In this document: positions 29,000 through 39,007 of the stretch, one piece after another
How the letters are laid out: each line of letters begins with the position of its first letter
Position numbering within the stretch: the stretch's first letter is position 1
Assembly: GCA_051892935.1 (NCBI GenBank)
Contig: JBJFGS010000027.1
Location: 1-56,285, forward strand
Source: Candidatus Coprovivens sp.
GTDB taxonomy: Bacteria > Bacillota_I > Bacilli_A > RF39 > UBA660
DNA length: 56,285 bases
Direction of reading: 5' to 3'
Position numbers and translations under genes: made by a program
The notes under the pieces: model-generated
Told to the model about the DNA's origin: nothing
Database searches by the model: none
Seen by the model: the letters and a program-made list of their open reading frames with translations, nothing else

Positions 29000-29791
29000 A
29001 TGGGCAATATAAAATTTAAAAATTTAAAGTTCTCCTATGATGATCAACATGAAGTATTTAAAGATTTAAACTTTCTTTTAAGGAAAGGAAAAACTTTAAG
29101 TATTATTGGAACGCCTGGTAGTGGAAAAACTACTTTACTTAGAATTCTTAATGGTGAATTATCTTACGAAGGTGAAGTTTTCATTAACGGAATTGAAGTT
29201 AATTCTAATAATTTTAATGCTTTAAGAAAATGTATTGCTGTTGTATATAGAGAAACTAATTTTATAACAGAATTGGTTAAAGATGAATTGAGGTATTCTT
29301 TAGAAAATCTAAATATTGATCCTAATGTTATAAAAGAAAAAATTAGGGAATTAAATGATTTTTTTGGTATAAATAAAATATTTAATAAATCTATTAATAA
29401 TTTATCTTTAAATGATAGAACCTTAATAAAAATTCTTTCTTATGCAATAACTGAACCTACTTATATTGCAATTGATGATTTACTTATAGATTTAGATATA
29501 AGAACTAAAATATTACTTTTAAATTATTTAAATAGTAAGAATATAATGCTAATAAATGTTACTACAAATATGGAAGATGTTTTATATACTGATTATACTA
29601 TTTGTTTATATAATGGTATTAGTGCTATAGATGGAAGAACTTTGGAAGTATTAAAAAATGAAATAATATTGAAAAGACTGGGTCTTTCGTTACCCTTTAT
29701 AATGGATTTATCTATTCAATTAGAATTATATGGTTTAATAAATAAGACTTATTTAAATAAAGAGGGGTTGGTGAAGAATTTATGGAAATAA
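29000..29791 (+). CDS. ecfA1: ECF transporter ATPase A1 (degenerate)
   Basis: Walker A GTPGSGKT; signature LSLNDR and Walker B IAIDDL are degenerate; ecfA-ecfA-ecfT-truA synteny. Confidence 0.75.
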   Translation: MGNIKFKNLKFSYDDQHEVFKDLNFLLRKGKTLSIIGTPGSGKTTLLRILNGELSYEGEVFINGIEVNSNNFNALRKCIAVVYRETNFITELVKDELRYSLENLNIDPNVIKEKIRELNDFFGINKIFNKSINNLSLNDRTLIKILSYAITEPTYIAIDDLLIDLDIRTKILLLNYLNSKNIMLINVTTNMEDVLYTDYTICLYNGISAIDGRTLEVLKNEIILKRLGLSLPFIMDLSIQLELYGLINKTYLNKEGLVKNLWK

Positions 29792-30609
29792 TTTTTAATA
29801 AATTGTCTTATATTGAAAATAAGAATTCTTCATCAGAAATAAAATATTTAGATGAAGTTAATTTGGTTATTAATCAAGGTAGTATTATTTGTTTTATAAA
29901 TGAAGATTTGAGTATTATTGCTAAATTAATAATGGCTATTAAGAGACCTACTAAGGGTGAAATAAAAATTGATGATATGATTATTAAAAGGACTAGTCAT
30001 ATTAATAATGTTAATGAATTACGTAATAAAATAGGATTTGTATATACATCAAATAATGAATTTATTGGTAAGACTGTTAAGGAAGAAATAAAGCTTACAA
30101 TGAAGAATTATAATCATAAAGTATCTAATATTAGTAAGCATATTGCAGATTCTTTGAAAATTGTTGGCTTATCAGAAGATTATTTAGATAGAAAAACTGA
30201 TACATTGTCTTTTACCGAAAAGAAAAAAGTAATGTTAGCTTGTGCTATGAGTTATAATCCAAGTGTCTTGATTTTAGAAAATTTTGAAAAAGGATTAGTT
30301 TTTAGGGATAGGGAATATTTTAGAAAATTATTTTTAAAATTAAAGAATAAATTTAATAAAACTATTATACTTATTAGTACAGATATTACTTTTATGTTTG
30401 AACTTGTTGATAAAGTATATGTTATTAACAAGGGTAAAATAGTATTAAGTGGTGGTAAAGAGATTTACTATGATGATAAATTATATAAATATATAGAAAT
30501 GCCTAGAATTGTTGAATTTACTAAATATGCTCATGAATGTGGACATAATATATTAGAATATACTGATATTAAAGAATTAATAAAGGAATTGTATAGAAAT
30601 GTTAAGTAG
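29782..30609 (+). CDS. ecfA2: ECF transporter ATPase A2 (degenerate, no Walker A)
   Basis: PTKGEI, TVKEEI, VGLSEDYLDR, LSFTEKK; P-loop absent. Confidence 0.72.
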   Translation: MEIIFNKLSYIENKNSSSEIKYLDEVNLVINQGSIICFINEDLSIIAKLIMAIKRPTKGEIKIDDMIIKRTSHINNVNELRNKIGFVYTSNNEFIGKTVKEEIKLTMKNYNHKVSNISKHIADSLKIVGLSEDYLDRKTDTLSFTEKKKVMLACAMSYNPSVLILENFEKGLVFRDREYFRKLFLKLKNKFNKTIILISTDITFMFELVDKVYVINKGKIVLSGGKEIYYDDKLYKYIEMPRIVEFTKYAHECGHNILEYTDIKELIKELYRNVK

Positions 30610-31345
30610 GTTGGATTATTCATATAATAATGAAGAATCTATTATACATAGATTGAATCCTGTAGTTAAGATATTTGGATTATTTATCTATGTACTTATT
30701 TGTATGCTTAAATATGATAATATTCTATTTATATTTAATATTAGCATTGTATTTTTATTGTTGTTATTAAGTAATATAAATATGTTTAAGTATTTAAAGA
30801 TAATATGGAAATTAAAATATATTTTAATTGTTATGTATGCTTATATGTATCATAAAGAAATGACTTTGATAGATATGAATATAATGGCTTTTAAGTTTAT
30901 TTTTTTGATACTTTATTGTGTTTTGTTGGTTTATACTACTACTAAAGAAGACTTTGGTAAAGGTATAGCTAGAGTATTAGATGTGTTTAATATAATTAAT
31001 ATTAATTTAAAAAAGATATCTTGTTGTATTACTAATATATTTACTTTTTTTCAAGTATGGATTGATACTTATAATGAAGTATTTACAAATCTTGAAATAA
31101 AAGGAGTGGTGTATTCTCATATAGATTTAATAAGTAAATTTAAAATTATTTTAAAAAATATTAAGTTGATTTTTATGAAGAGTAGAGAAAACATGAAAAT
31201 AAGAAAGAATGATATGAAATATAGATTTTATAATGGAAATGTAAAGAGCAAGTATAAATACAGAAAGAAGTTATGTATTTTTGATTATATATTTATTATA
31301 TTAAATGTAGGTATGGTAGTATTTTATATATTGAAGGTGAGATAA
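30599..31345 (+). CDS. ecfT: ECF transmembrane component T (divergent)
   Basis: SIIHRLNPVVK N-terminal motif, TT motif, TM helices, synteny. Confidence 0.75.
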   Translation: MLSRLDYSYNNEESIIHRLNPVVKIFGLFIYVLICMLKYDNILFIFNISIVFLLLLLSNINMFKYLKIIWKLKYILIVMYAYMYHKEMTLIDMNIMAFKFIFLILYCVLLVYTTTKEDFGKGIARVLDVFNIININLKKISCCITNIFTFFQVWIDTYNEVFTNLEIKGVVYSHIDLISKFKIILKNIKLIFMKSRENMKIRKNDMKYRFYNGNVKSKYKYRKKLCIFDYIFIILNVGMVVFYILKVR

Positions 31346-31346
31346 A

Positions 31347-32066
31347 GTGAATTACGTTATTGAAGTTTCTTATGATGGTAGTAAATTTTATGGTTTTCAA
31401 AGATTAAATGATGAACCAAGTGTTCAAAAGTATATAGAAGAAGCTTTAGGTAAAATAAATAAAAATCCTGTTTCAATTAAAGGAGCGGGAAGGACTGATA
31501 GAGGTGTCCATGCTAATGGTCAATGTGTTTCTTTTAAATTAGATATTAATATAGATGAAATGGGGTTGAAGAAAGCACTTAATTCGTTGTTAAAACCTTA
31601 TATTTATGTTAAGAATGTTAAAGTTGTAGATAATGATTTTCATGCTAGATTTAGTGTTAAAAAAAAGCAATATGTTTATAAAATTAATTTAGGAGAATTC
31701 AATCCTCAATTAGAAGATTATGTTTATCAAAGTGAATATATATTGGATGTAGAAAAGATGAAAGAAGTTTCTAAGTTGTATTTGGGAATACATGATTTTC
31801 ATAATTTTGTTTCTGGGGAGAGAGATGAATATACTTGTATAATTCAAAATATTGAATTTAAGTGTGATGGAGATATTTTAAATATAGTCTTTGAAGGCAA
31901 AAGTTTTTATCGCTATATGGTTAGAAATTTAGTTGGTATGATGATAGAAGTTGGAAGAGGAAAAGATAATATTAATAAGGTTAAAGAAATGATAGAAAGT
32001 GATGAAAATATAACAGGATATACTGCTCCAGCAAGTGGTTTATATTTAGATAAAATAGAATATTAG
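31347..32066 (+). CDS. truA: tRNA pseudouridine(38-40) synthase
   Basis: YDGS.FYGFQ, AGRTDRGVHA, FHARF, YMVR, APASGL. Confidence 0.96.
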   Translation: MNYVIEVSYDGSKFYGFQRLNDEPSVQKYIEEALGKINKNPVSIKGAGRTDRGVHANGQCVSFKLDINIDEMGLKKALNSLLKPYIYVKNVKVVDNDFHARFSVKKKQYVYKINLGEFNPQLEDYVYQSEYILDVEKMKEVSKLYLGIHDFHNFVSGERDEYTCIIQNIEFKCDGDILNIVFEGKSFYRYMVRNLVGMMIEVGRGKDNINKVKEMIESDENITGYTAPASGLYLDKIEY

Positions 32067-32106
32067 TAAAATAGAATAGAAAATGAGCTGAAATTGAAGA
32101 TTTTAT

Positions 32107-32135
32107 TTGACTTTTTAAGTTTAATCTCATATAAT
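32107..32135 (+). promoter_or_regulatory. sigma-A promoter of rplM-rpsI
   Basis: TTGACT-N17-TATAAT. Confidence 0.8.
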
Positions 32136-32216
32136 TTTAATCGGTACATTTTATTTGTTGGATTTTGTTAGCCTTGGGAAAGCGAAGCAGATGAAAGCAG
32201 TGAAAGGAAATTTGAT

Positions 32217-32648
32217 ATGAATACATTTATGGAAAAGAAAGAAACTGTAGAACGTAAATGGTATGTTATTGATGCTGAAGGTGTTGCTTTAGGTAGACTT
32301 GCTTCTAAAGTTGCTTACATATTAAAAGGTAAGCATAAACCTACTTATACACCACACATCGATTGTGGAGACTACGTTATTGTAGTAAATGCAGACAAGG
32401 TTAAACTAACTGGAAATAAACTAGAAGATAAGAAATATTACGATCATAGTGGACATCCAGGAGGATTAAGAGAAAGAAACGCTAAAACAATGATCGAAAA
32501 ATATCCAGAAGAAATGATTGAAAGAGCTGTTAAAGGAATGCTTCCAAAAGGAAGACTAGGAAGAGCTATGAATAAAAAATTATTTGTATATGCTGGACCT
32601 GAACATAAACAACAAGCTCAACAACCAATTGAAATGAAAGTTAACTAG
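32217..32648 (+). CDS. rplM: 50S ribosomal protein L13
   Basis: [32 protein letters not shown]. Confidence 0.98.
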   Translation: MNTFMEKKETVERKWYVIDAEGVALGRLASKVAYILKGKHKPTYTPHIDCGDYVIVVNADKVKLTGNKLEDKKYYDHSGHPGGLRERNAKTMIEKYPEEMIERAVKGMLPKGRLGRAMNKKLFVYAGPEHKQQAQQPIEMKVN

Positions 32649-32661
32649 GAGGTTTTAATTT

Positions 32662-33078
32662 ATGGCTAAACAAGTATGGACTGCTACTGGACGTAGAAAA
32701 CGTTCTGTTGCTCAAGTTAGAATGACAGCTGGAAAAGGAAATATTACTGTTAATGGAAAAGATGTTAATGAATATATGCCTTTTGCAGTATTAGTAATGG
32801 ATTTAAAACAACCATTAGTTGCTACTGGAAATGAAGATAAATTCGATATTGATGTTACAGTTAAAGGCGGAGGTTTCTCAGGACAAACTGGTGCTATTAG
32901 ATTAGGTATTACTCGTGCTTTATTAGCATTTGATGCAGATGCTGATCAAACTAGAGAAGATTCTTATAGAAAGGTTCTTAAAGCTCAAGGATTTGTTACT
33001 AGAGATCCAAGAAGTAAAGAACGTAAAAAACCAGGTCTTAAAAAAGCTCGTCGTGCTCCACAATTTAGTAAACGTTAA
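32662..33078 (+). CDS. rpsI: 30S ribosomal protein S9
   Basis: [30 protein letters not shown]. Confidence 0.98.
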   Translation: MAKQVWTATGRRKRSVAQVRMTAGKGNITVNGKDVNEYMPFAVLVMDLKQPLVATGNEDKFDIDVTVKGGGFSGQTGAIRLGITRALLAFDADADQTREDSYRKVLKAQGFVTRDPRSKERKKPGLKKARRAPQFSKR

Positions 33079-33101
33079 GATTTACTTATTACGATGTTTC
33101 G

Positions 33102-33128
33102 AAAAGTCAGTATTTTACTGGCTTTTTT
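33102..33128 (+). terminator. Terminator after rpsI
   Basis: AAAAGTCAGTA-ttt-TACTGGCTTTT followed by T run. Confidence 0.75.
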
Positions 33129-33175
33129 CTTTTTTTAATTATTGTAGTATAATTAATGTGTAAAGTTGTGGAATA

Positions 33176-33661
33176 ATGAGAATAATTGAATATGAAGATA
33201 AATATTTGGAAGATGTTAAGGATTTACTTGTAGAATTAGAAGAATATATTTTGACAATTGATCAAGATGATTTAGATCAACTACATCCTGATTATCGTGA
33301 AAAAATGGCTTTATTAGATTTACAAGAGGTAAAAGATAATGATGGTAAGTGTTTCTTGGCTATAGAAAATGATAAAGCTATAGGATTGATTATGGGGACT
33401 ATAGTTGTATTTGATGAATATGATTATTTAGATTATAAATGCCCTAAAGAAGGAGAAATTACTGAGTTAATTGTTACATCTAAAATAAGAAGTAAAGGTG
33501 TTGGACAGGCACTAATGAATAGGATGGAAGAATATTTTAAATCACTTGGTTGTGAGTATATTTTAGTAGATGTTTTTGCTTATAATGAAAATGGTATAAA
33601 ATTTTATGATAAACAAGGTTATCATCCAAGAATGCATACAGGAATTAAAAAAATTAAATGA
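33176..33661 (+). CDS. GNAT family N-acetyltransferase
   Basis: LIV...RSKGVG acetyl-CoA motif, NENGIKFYDKQGY. Confidence 0.9.
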   Translation: MRIIEYEDKYLEDVKDLLVELEEYILTIDQDDLDQLHPDYREKMALLDLQEVKDNDGKCFLAIENDKAIGLIMGTIVVFDEYDYLDYKCPKEGEITELIVTSKIRSKGVGQALMNRMEEYFKSLGCEYILVDVFAYNENGIKFYDKQGYHPRMHTGIKKIK

Positions 33662-33804
33662 TATATATTGGAGAAGTTCAAACTATGGAACCTGAAACTA
33701 TTTTAGAATGGAAATGGTTTGATATGGATGATTTACCAATTAATCTTTATAAACCTAGTGAAGTTTGTATAAGAAGATATAAAGAAAAAGTAATTTATAT
33801 GTAA
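33658..33804 (+). pseudogene. Nudix hydrolase C-terminal remnant (48 codons)
   Basis: MIYIGEVQTMEPETILEWKWFDMDDLP resembles NUDT15/MutT-like C-termini; Nudix box absent; ATGA overlap with GNAT stop. Confidence 0.6.
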
Positions 33805-33920
33805 TCACACTTTGTGTGATTTTTTGTAAAGTTTTGAATATGTAGATGCATATTTATAAAATGCTTGTTGATATATTCTTTGATTTTTTTTATAATGGTG
33901 CTAAGAATGGAAGGGTGTTT

Positions 33921-34808
33921 ATGAGTAAAAACAATGGTTCTTCAAAAGAAAGTAAAGAAAAGAATGAAAAGCATATATTAAGATATGTTTTGATTGTATT
34001 TTTATTTATATTAGGTTTTATTTTAGGATTTTATTTTACTACTAGATATTTAGAATCTCGTGATAATGAAGAAACTCCTATAATTGAAGATGATGGAATA
34101 ATTGATATTACTGAAGATAAAGATTCTGTTGAATTAATAGAAAGTTTGTTAGGTATTTTAGATAAAAATCCTATGTTTTATTCAACTCAAGGAATAAGTT
34201 CAAGTACTATGGATAACACTTCTAAGTTAATTTTGATATATAATAAAATAATAAATAAAAATTTAGGTACTAGTGAGGAATTGCCATCTTTATATTATGG
34301 TAGTTCAAATTGTGCTAATAATTTTATTACTGATCCTAGTGATAATGCATTTGTTTATAGCAATAAGTGTACTACTATGCGTATAAATAAATCATCATTT
34401 GTTGATATTAATAAACAATTATTTAATGATGATATTTTAGATGTTAGTGTTAACTTTAATCCTGTGGATGGAGTAAGTTGTGTTGTTGATGGTGAAACTT
34501 ATATTTGTGGTAATGTTACTAAAACATCTGATGTTACTGGTGAATTAGTTAGTGTATTTTGTGTGGTTAAAGCTACAAAGGATACAGATGGTACGATTGT
34601 CATTTATGAAAAAGGTTATTTAAATGATAAGAGAAGTAATGTTAATAATCTTAATGATCAGTATGACAATTATTATTTACATTCTTCTGATAGTAAAGAT
34701 TACTATTATGAATTAAAAAGTGCTGATAATTTGACATTTAAACATACTTTTAAAACTATTGATAGACAAAATTATTATTATGTAAGTACAGAATTAGTGA
34801 AAGAATAA
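33921..34808 (+). CDS. Membrane-anchored extracytoplasmic protein, unknown function
   Basis: Basic N-terminus, single TM, large Cys-containing soluble domain. Confidence 0.75.
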   Translation: MSKNNGSSKESKEKNEKHILRYVLIVFLFILGFILGFYFTTRYLESRDNEETPIIEDDGIIDITEDKDSVELIESLLGILDKNPMFYSTQGISSSTMDNTSKLILIYNKIINKNLGTSEELPSLYYGSSNCANNFITDPSDNAFVYSNKCTTMRINKSSFVDINKQLFNDDILDVSVNFNPVDGVSCVVDGETYICGNVTKTSDVTGELVSVFCVVKATKDTDGTIVIYEKGYLNDKRSNVNNLNDQYDNYYLHSSDSKDYYYELKSADNLTFKHTFKTIDRQNYYYVSTELVKE

Positions 34809-34858
34809 TTGTAAGTTATTCTTTTTTTATGATATCATTTATTATAGAGTGTGATCTT

Positions 34859-36325
34859 ATGAATAAGAATGAAAAAACTAGTATTGAATTACCGGCTTTA
34901 AAAAAAACTGTTTCTTTAGATGATACAATTATAAGAAGTGAAATTTTTGTTGATAATATATCTGATACTTATGTAATTAGAGATAAAAATAATATCTTTT
35001 TTGTTATTGTATTAGTAGTTATATTATTAATTCTATTAGTTATATTGTATATTGGATTAAATAAAGTATTTACTATTAGGAGAGATAATGTTGTTTCAAT
35101 AAAAGATATAGAAATAGTAAACTATTTTGTTGGTTCAGATGTTGTTGATATAGCTGTTGTACCAAGTTCTTCGCAAAAATATTGTGCAATAGATAATGGG
35201 AATGATAAATTAGAATTTCGACAAATTGTAAATGATCGATGTTATCTTACTGTTGATTTAAATAAACAATATGTTTATTTTAAAAATTCTGTTGGTATTT
35301 TAAGTGAAAAGTTATTATTAGATGATTATGTTGTTTATATAGATGCATTAGATAAACAATATGTACCTTTGGATTCTACTAATAGTTTGTATAATAATAT
35401 GGTTGTTGTTGGTGAACCAACTATAAAGTGGGTAACTTTAGAAGATGTTATTCAAATAAATGATAATATATTTTATTCAAAAAATATTGGGAGAACTAAT
35501 ATACAAGCTATATTTAATAATAGAGTTGTAGCTAATACTGAGGTTATTGTTACTGATGTAATTGTTTCTAAACCAAAGATTTTTGATAATAATAAAAAGT
35601 TTTTAACTTGTGAAGCTTTTAGTTATGAAGAAGCGATGTTACTTGATGAAATACTGGCTTATAGGATTGAACAAGCTGGATATGGAACTAGAGCTGGTGC
35701 TGTAGAGGCGGCGAGATTTTTGACTCTTGAATTCCCATATAGAATTTCTTATTATTGGGAAAGTGGTCGTTTAAATAATACTGGTAGACATTATGTAGAT
35801 GGAGAAGGAAGATACTATCATAAAGGATTATATTTGGATTCATCTAAATATGATAGTATTGAGGCTTCTTTGTTTGGGCCAGCTATGTGGGGTTGTAAGT
35901 TAATGAGTTATGAAGATGACCCTCCTAATTTTGTCCCTGGTGTTAAATATCCTAATGGTTTAGATTGTTCAGGATTTGTAACATGGTCTTTATTAAATGG
36001 TGGTTTTGATGTAGGTGATAGAGGAGCTGGAGAATCTCCTAGTGAAGGTCAACTTACAGATTTAGGAGAATTTAAGTTATTAACAAATGAATTAATTAAT
36101 TCTGGTAAGATTAAAGTAGGAGATTTATTTAATTTTTGGGGACATATTGCAATTTTAATTGGTCAAGATGAAGATAACTATTATATTGCGGAGTCTTTAA
36201 ATAATTATAAAGGTGTAGTTGTTAAAACTTATTCAAAAAAGAAAGTTAAAAATACATTTAAATATGTTGTTCTAATGGATGAGGTTTATAACAGGGATGG
36301 AAATCTTACAGATTTATGGTATTAG
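34859..36325 (+). CDS. Membrane-anchored protein with C-terminal NlpC/P60-like domain
   Basis: Single TM; YYWESG...GLDCSGFVTW...GDLF..GHIAI...IAES. Confidence 0.75.
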   Translation: MNKNEKTSIELPALKKTVSLDDTIIRSEIFVDNISDTYVIRDKNNIFFVIVLVVILLILLVILYIGLNKVFTIRRDNVVSIKDIEIVNYFVGSDVVDIAVVPSSSQKYCAIDNGNDKLEFRQIVNDRCYLTVDLNKQYVYFKNSVGILSEKLLLDDYVVYIDALDKQYVPLDSTNSLYNNMVVVGEPTIKWVTLEDVIQINDNIFYSKNIGRTNIQAIFNNRVVANTEVIVTDVIVSKPKIFDNNKKFLTCEAFSYEEAMLLDEILAYRIEQAGYGTRAGAVEAARFLTLEFPYRISYYWESGRLNNTGRHYVDGEGRYYHKGLYLDSSKYDSIEASLFGPAMWGCKLMSYEDDPPNFVPGVKYPNGLDCSGFVTWSLLNGGFDVGDRGAGESPSEGQLTDLGEFKLLTNELINSGKIKVGDLFNFWGHIAILIGQDEDNYYIAESLNNYKGVVVKTYSKKKVKNTFKYVVLMDEVYNRDGNLTDLWY

Positions 36326-36337
36326 AAAGGGTTAACA

Positions 36338-37030
36338 ATGGATATTAATGAGTTATATTATGCTATACAAGAAGTTAATAATGATTCTAGTTTAGATGAA
36401 GAACGTAGAAATATAAGATTAACTATTTATCAAGCTTTACTATGTTTTATTAAAGAAAAAAATAATTTAACTTCTTTAATAAATGAAATATTAAGTGAAG
36501 GTCATAAATTAGAAAAGTTATCTGATTATAATTTTTTTCTTAATGAAGATTTGGAAAAAACTAGAATATTTGTTAAAGGATATATACTAAATTCATCTTT
36601 TATTCTAAAGTTGAATGAAAAGGGAATAGATAAGTTCACTTTTGAAGAAATAGAAAAGTATTTAAAGCAGTATATTATATCAACTGGAGATACACTTGAC
36701 GATGTAAGTACGGCTGTTTCTTTATATCCTAAATTAATTGAGTATAAGAGTGAATATGATAGTTTATATAAAAAGATATCTAACTATTTATCTAAAATCT
36801 TTGGAGAAGAAATGTTAACAAATTCTGGAGATATTAAATTAAAATATGAACGTATTAATGAAAGAATTGATAGAATGATAGGAAGAAATTTATTTAGTGA
36901 ACAAACAAAAGAGTGGTTAGAAGAATTGATTAATGATTTGTTTGCTTATTATATAAATAATACTGTTATTATTCCAATTGAAAATCAGGTTGATGTAAGT
37001 GGAGCAAAGGAGTTGAAATTTGATGAATAA
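36338..37030 (+). CDS. Hypothetical helical protein
   Basis: 230-aa ORF with RBS; no recognisable motif. Confidence 0.65.
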   Translation: MDINELYYAIQEVNNDSSLDEERRNIRLTIYQALLCFIKEKNNLTSLINEILSEGHKLEKLSDYNFFLNEDLEKTRIFVKGYILNSSFILKLNEKGIDKFTFEEIEKYLKQYIISTGDTLDDVSTAVSLYPKLIEYKSEYDSLYKKISNYLSKIFGEEMLTNSGDIKLKYERINERIDRMIGRNLFSEQTKEWLEELINDLFAYYINNTVIIPIENQVDVSGAKELKFDE

Positions 37031-37475
37031 TGAAATTAGAGATAAAAAAATAATATCTTATGTAGATTTATTAATTAATGAATTGAATGGTAAATATCCT
37101 AATATGGATTTTAATAATGTAAGAAATAATGCTATTTCGACTTTTTTGAAGATGAGTGGTTCTTTCGAAGATATTAAGACTATGATTGATGAAGCGTTTG
37201 TTAATGCAGTTCAAAAAATGAAAGCTTCAGAAGAAGCTGTTCAATCTATTTCTAATAGTTTTGAAATGACTCCAGAAGAAGAAGCTGTATATCAACAATT
37301 AAAACAAGATTCTTTGGTAAAAAGAAATAACTTGGGATTGAATAACTCTAAGAAACTTGTACTAAAAAATGATAATAGTTTTAATAATGGTTACATTAGT
37401 TTTTTGATAGTACTTATTGTTGTTTTAGTAGTAGTTGTTTCTTTGATTGTAATAATTTGTAATGTTTTATTTTAA
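37023..37475 (+). CDS. Hypothetical tail-anchored membrane protein
   Basis: Overlaps upstream stop; single C-terminal TM. Confidence 0.65.
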   Translation: MNNEIRDKKIISYVDLLINELNGKYPNMDFNNVRNNAISTFLKMSGSFEDIKTMIDEAFVNAVQKMKASEEAVQSISNSFEMTPEEEAVYQQLKQDSLVKRNNLGLNNSKKLVLKNDNSFNNGYISFLIVLIVVLVVVVSLIVIICNVLF

Positions 37476-37530
37476 ATAAGAATAGAGATTTATGTTAGTA
37501 TATCTCTTTTTTTTATGAATAATATTTATT

Positions 37531-38181
37531 ATGAAAAAAATATTTTTTTTAATGTGTATAACTTTAGTGTTATTAACAAGTAATATTGTATATTCTGATA
37601 ATAATAGTTCTATATTAAAAGGGAAGTCGATAGTATTAGATGCTGGGCATGGTGGAAAAGATGGAGGAACATCCGTTAACGGAATTTCTGAAAAAAATAT
37701 CAATTTACAGATTGTTTTAAAATTGCAGAAAGCATTAAATAAACATGGTGTTGATGTTATTTTAACTAGGGATGGAGATTTTGATTTGAGTAGTCCTAAT
37801 GTTAGTAGAAGAAAGAAAAGTGATTTTGATAATAGAATTAGTTTAATTAATAATAGTGATTCTGATTTGTATTTAAGTATTCATGTTAATTATTTAGAAG
37901 ATAGTAGGTTTTATGGGGCACAAACTTTTTATACTATAGATAATGAGGAGTTAGCTCAGGTTATTCAAGGAGAACTAAAGAAAAATTTAAAATCTCCTAT
38001 GAATGTGAAAAAAATAAGTAATTCAATTTATATGTATAAACAACTTACTATACCTGGAGTATTGATTGAAGTGGGATTTTTATCTAATTTTAAAGAAAGA
38101 GATTTATTAATTGATGAAAATTATCAAGATAAGATAGTAGATTCTATTATTAAGGGTTTAATTAATTATTTTTATATATGA
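37531..38181 (+). CDS. cwlD: N-acetylmuramoyl-L-alanine amidase, CwlD-like
   Basis: Signal peptide, LDAGHGG.DGG, EK.INL, LTR, SIHVN, GAQTFY, IEVGFLSN; near rpsI like Bacillus cwlD. Confidence 0.75.
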   Translation: MKKIFFLMCITLVLLTSNIVYSDNNSSILKGKSIVLDAGHGGKDGGTSVNGISEKNINLQIVLKLQKALNKHGVDVILTRDGDFDLSSPNVSRRKKSDFDNRISLINNSDSDLYLSIHVNYLEDSRFYGAQTFYTIDNEELAQVIQGELKKNLKSPMNVKKISNSIYMYKQLTIPGVLIEVGFLSNFKERDLLIDENYQDKIVDSIIKGLINYFYI

Positions 38182-38203
38182 TATAATTAATATGGTGGTA
38201 TTA

Positions 38204-39007
38204 ATGGATAAGAAAATATATTTGGATAAAGTTTTGGAATTTCTGGTTAAAGATAAAAATATAGATATTCCTGATTCATTAAGGAGTAAAGTGAATTTAT
38301 GGGAAGATTTAGTATCTAAGTTAGATGTAGATGATATACCTGATGAAGTATTACTTAATGAAGATAAGTATTTAAGATTAGAACTACTTAATAAAAGATT
38401 AACTGATGGAGAAAAAGTTAAAACTATTAGTGATACTTTAAATAGTAATCTTAAATATAGTACAAAAATCTCTTTATGGAAAGGTGATATTACAACAATA
38501 TATGCTGATGTATTAGTAAATTCTACTACTAGTGATATGATAGGTTGTAGAGAGGGAATTAAAGGTACACTTGATAATGCAATATTTACACGTAGTGGAA
38601 TGAGACTTCGCATGAAATGTAGAGATATAATGAGGGGAGAAACATTAAATAATTCTGAAATATTAGTTACTAGAGCGTATAATTTACCTAGTGATTATAT
38701 AATTCATGTAGTAGTTCCTGTTGTTAGTGATGTTTTAGGTGAACAAGAAAAAATTGAATTAAAAATGTGTTATTTAAACGTTCTGGAGTGTGCAAGAAAT
38801 AATATGGCTAAAACGATTGTTTTTCCTTGTTTAGGTACTGGAACTAATAGATTTTCAAAGAAAGAGGCAGCCATTATTGCAATTAATGCTGTTAATGAAT
38901 TTTTAGATAAGCATAATGATGAAATAGAAAAGATTATTTTTGATGTGTTAGATGATGAATCTTATAGTATATATAGTGATTTATTAATTGGTGAAGATAA
39001 TGCATGA
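38204..39007 (+). CDS. Macro-domain protein (ADP-ribose hydrolase-like, divergent)
   Basis: LWKGDIT, VN....MIGC, DNAI, TRAYNLP..YIIH, FPCLGTG. Confidence 0.85.
   Translation: MDKKIYLDKVLEFLVKDKNIDIPDSLRSKVNLWEDLVSKLDVDDIPDEVLLNEDKYLRLELLNKRLTDGEKVKTISDTLNSNLKYSTKISLWKGDITTIYADVLVNSTTSDMIGCREGIKGTLDNAIFTRSGMRLRMKCRDIMRGETLNNSEILVTRAYNLPSDYIIHVVVPVVSDVLGEQEKIELKMCYLNVLECARNNMAKTIVFPCLGTGTNRFSKKEAAIIAINAVNEFLDKHNDEIEKIIFDVLDDESYSIYSDLLIGEDNA

Noticed and set aside
32142-32216. Possible L13 ribosomal leader RNA
   Set aside because: Position is right, but I cannot confirm the conserved structure by eye; needs an Infernal search
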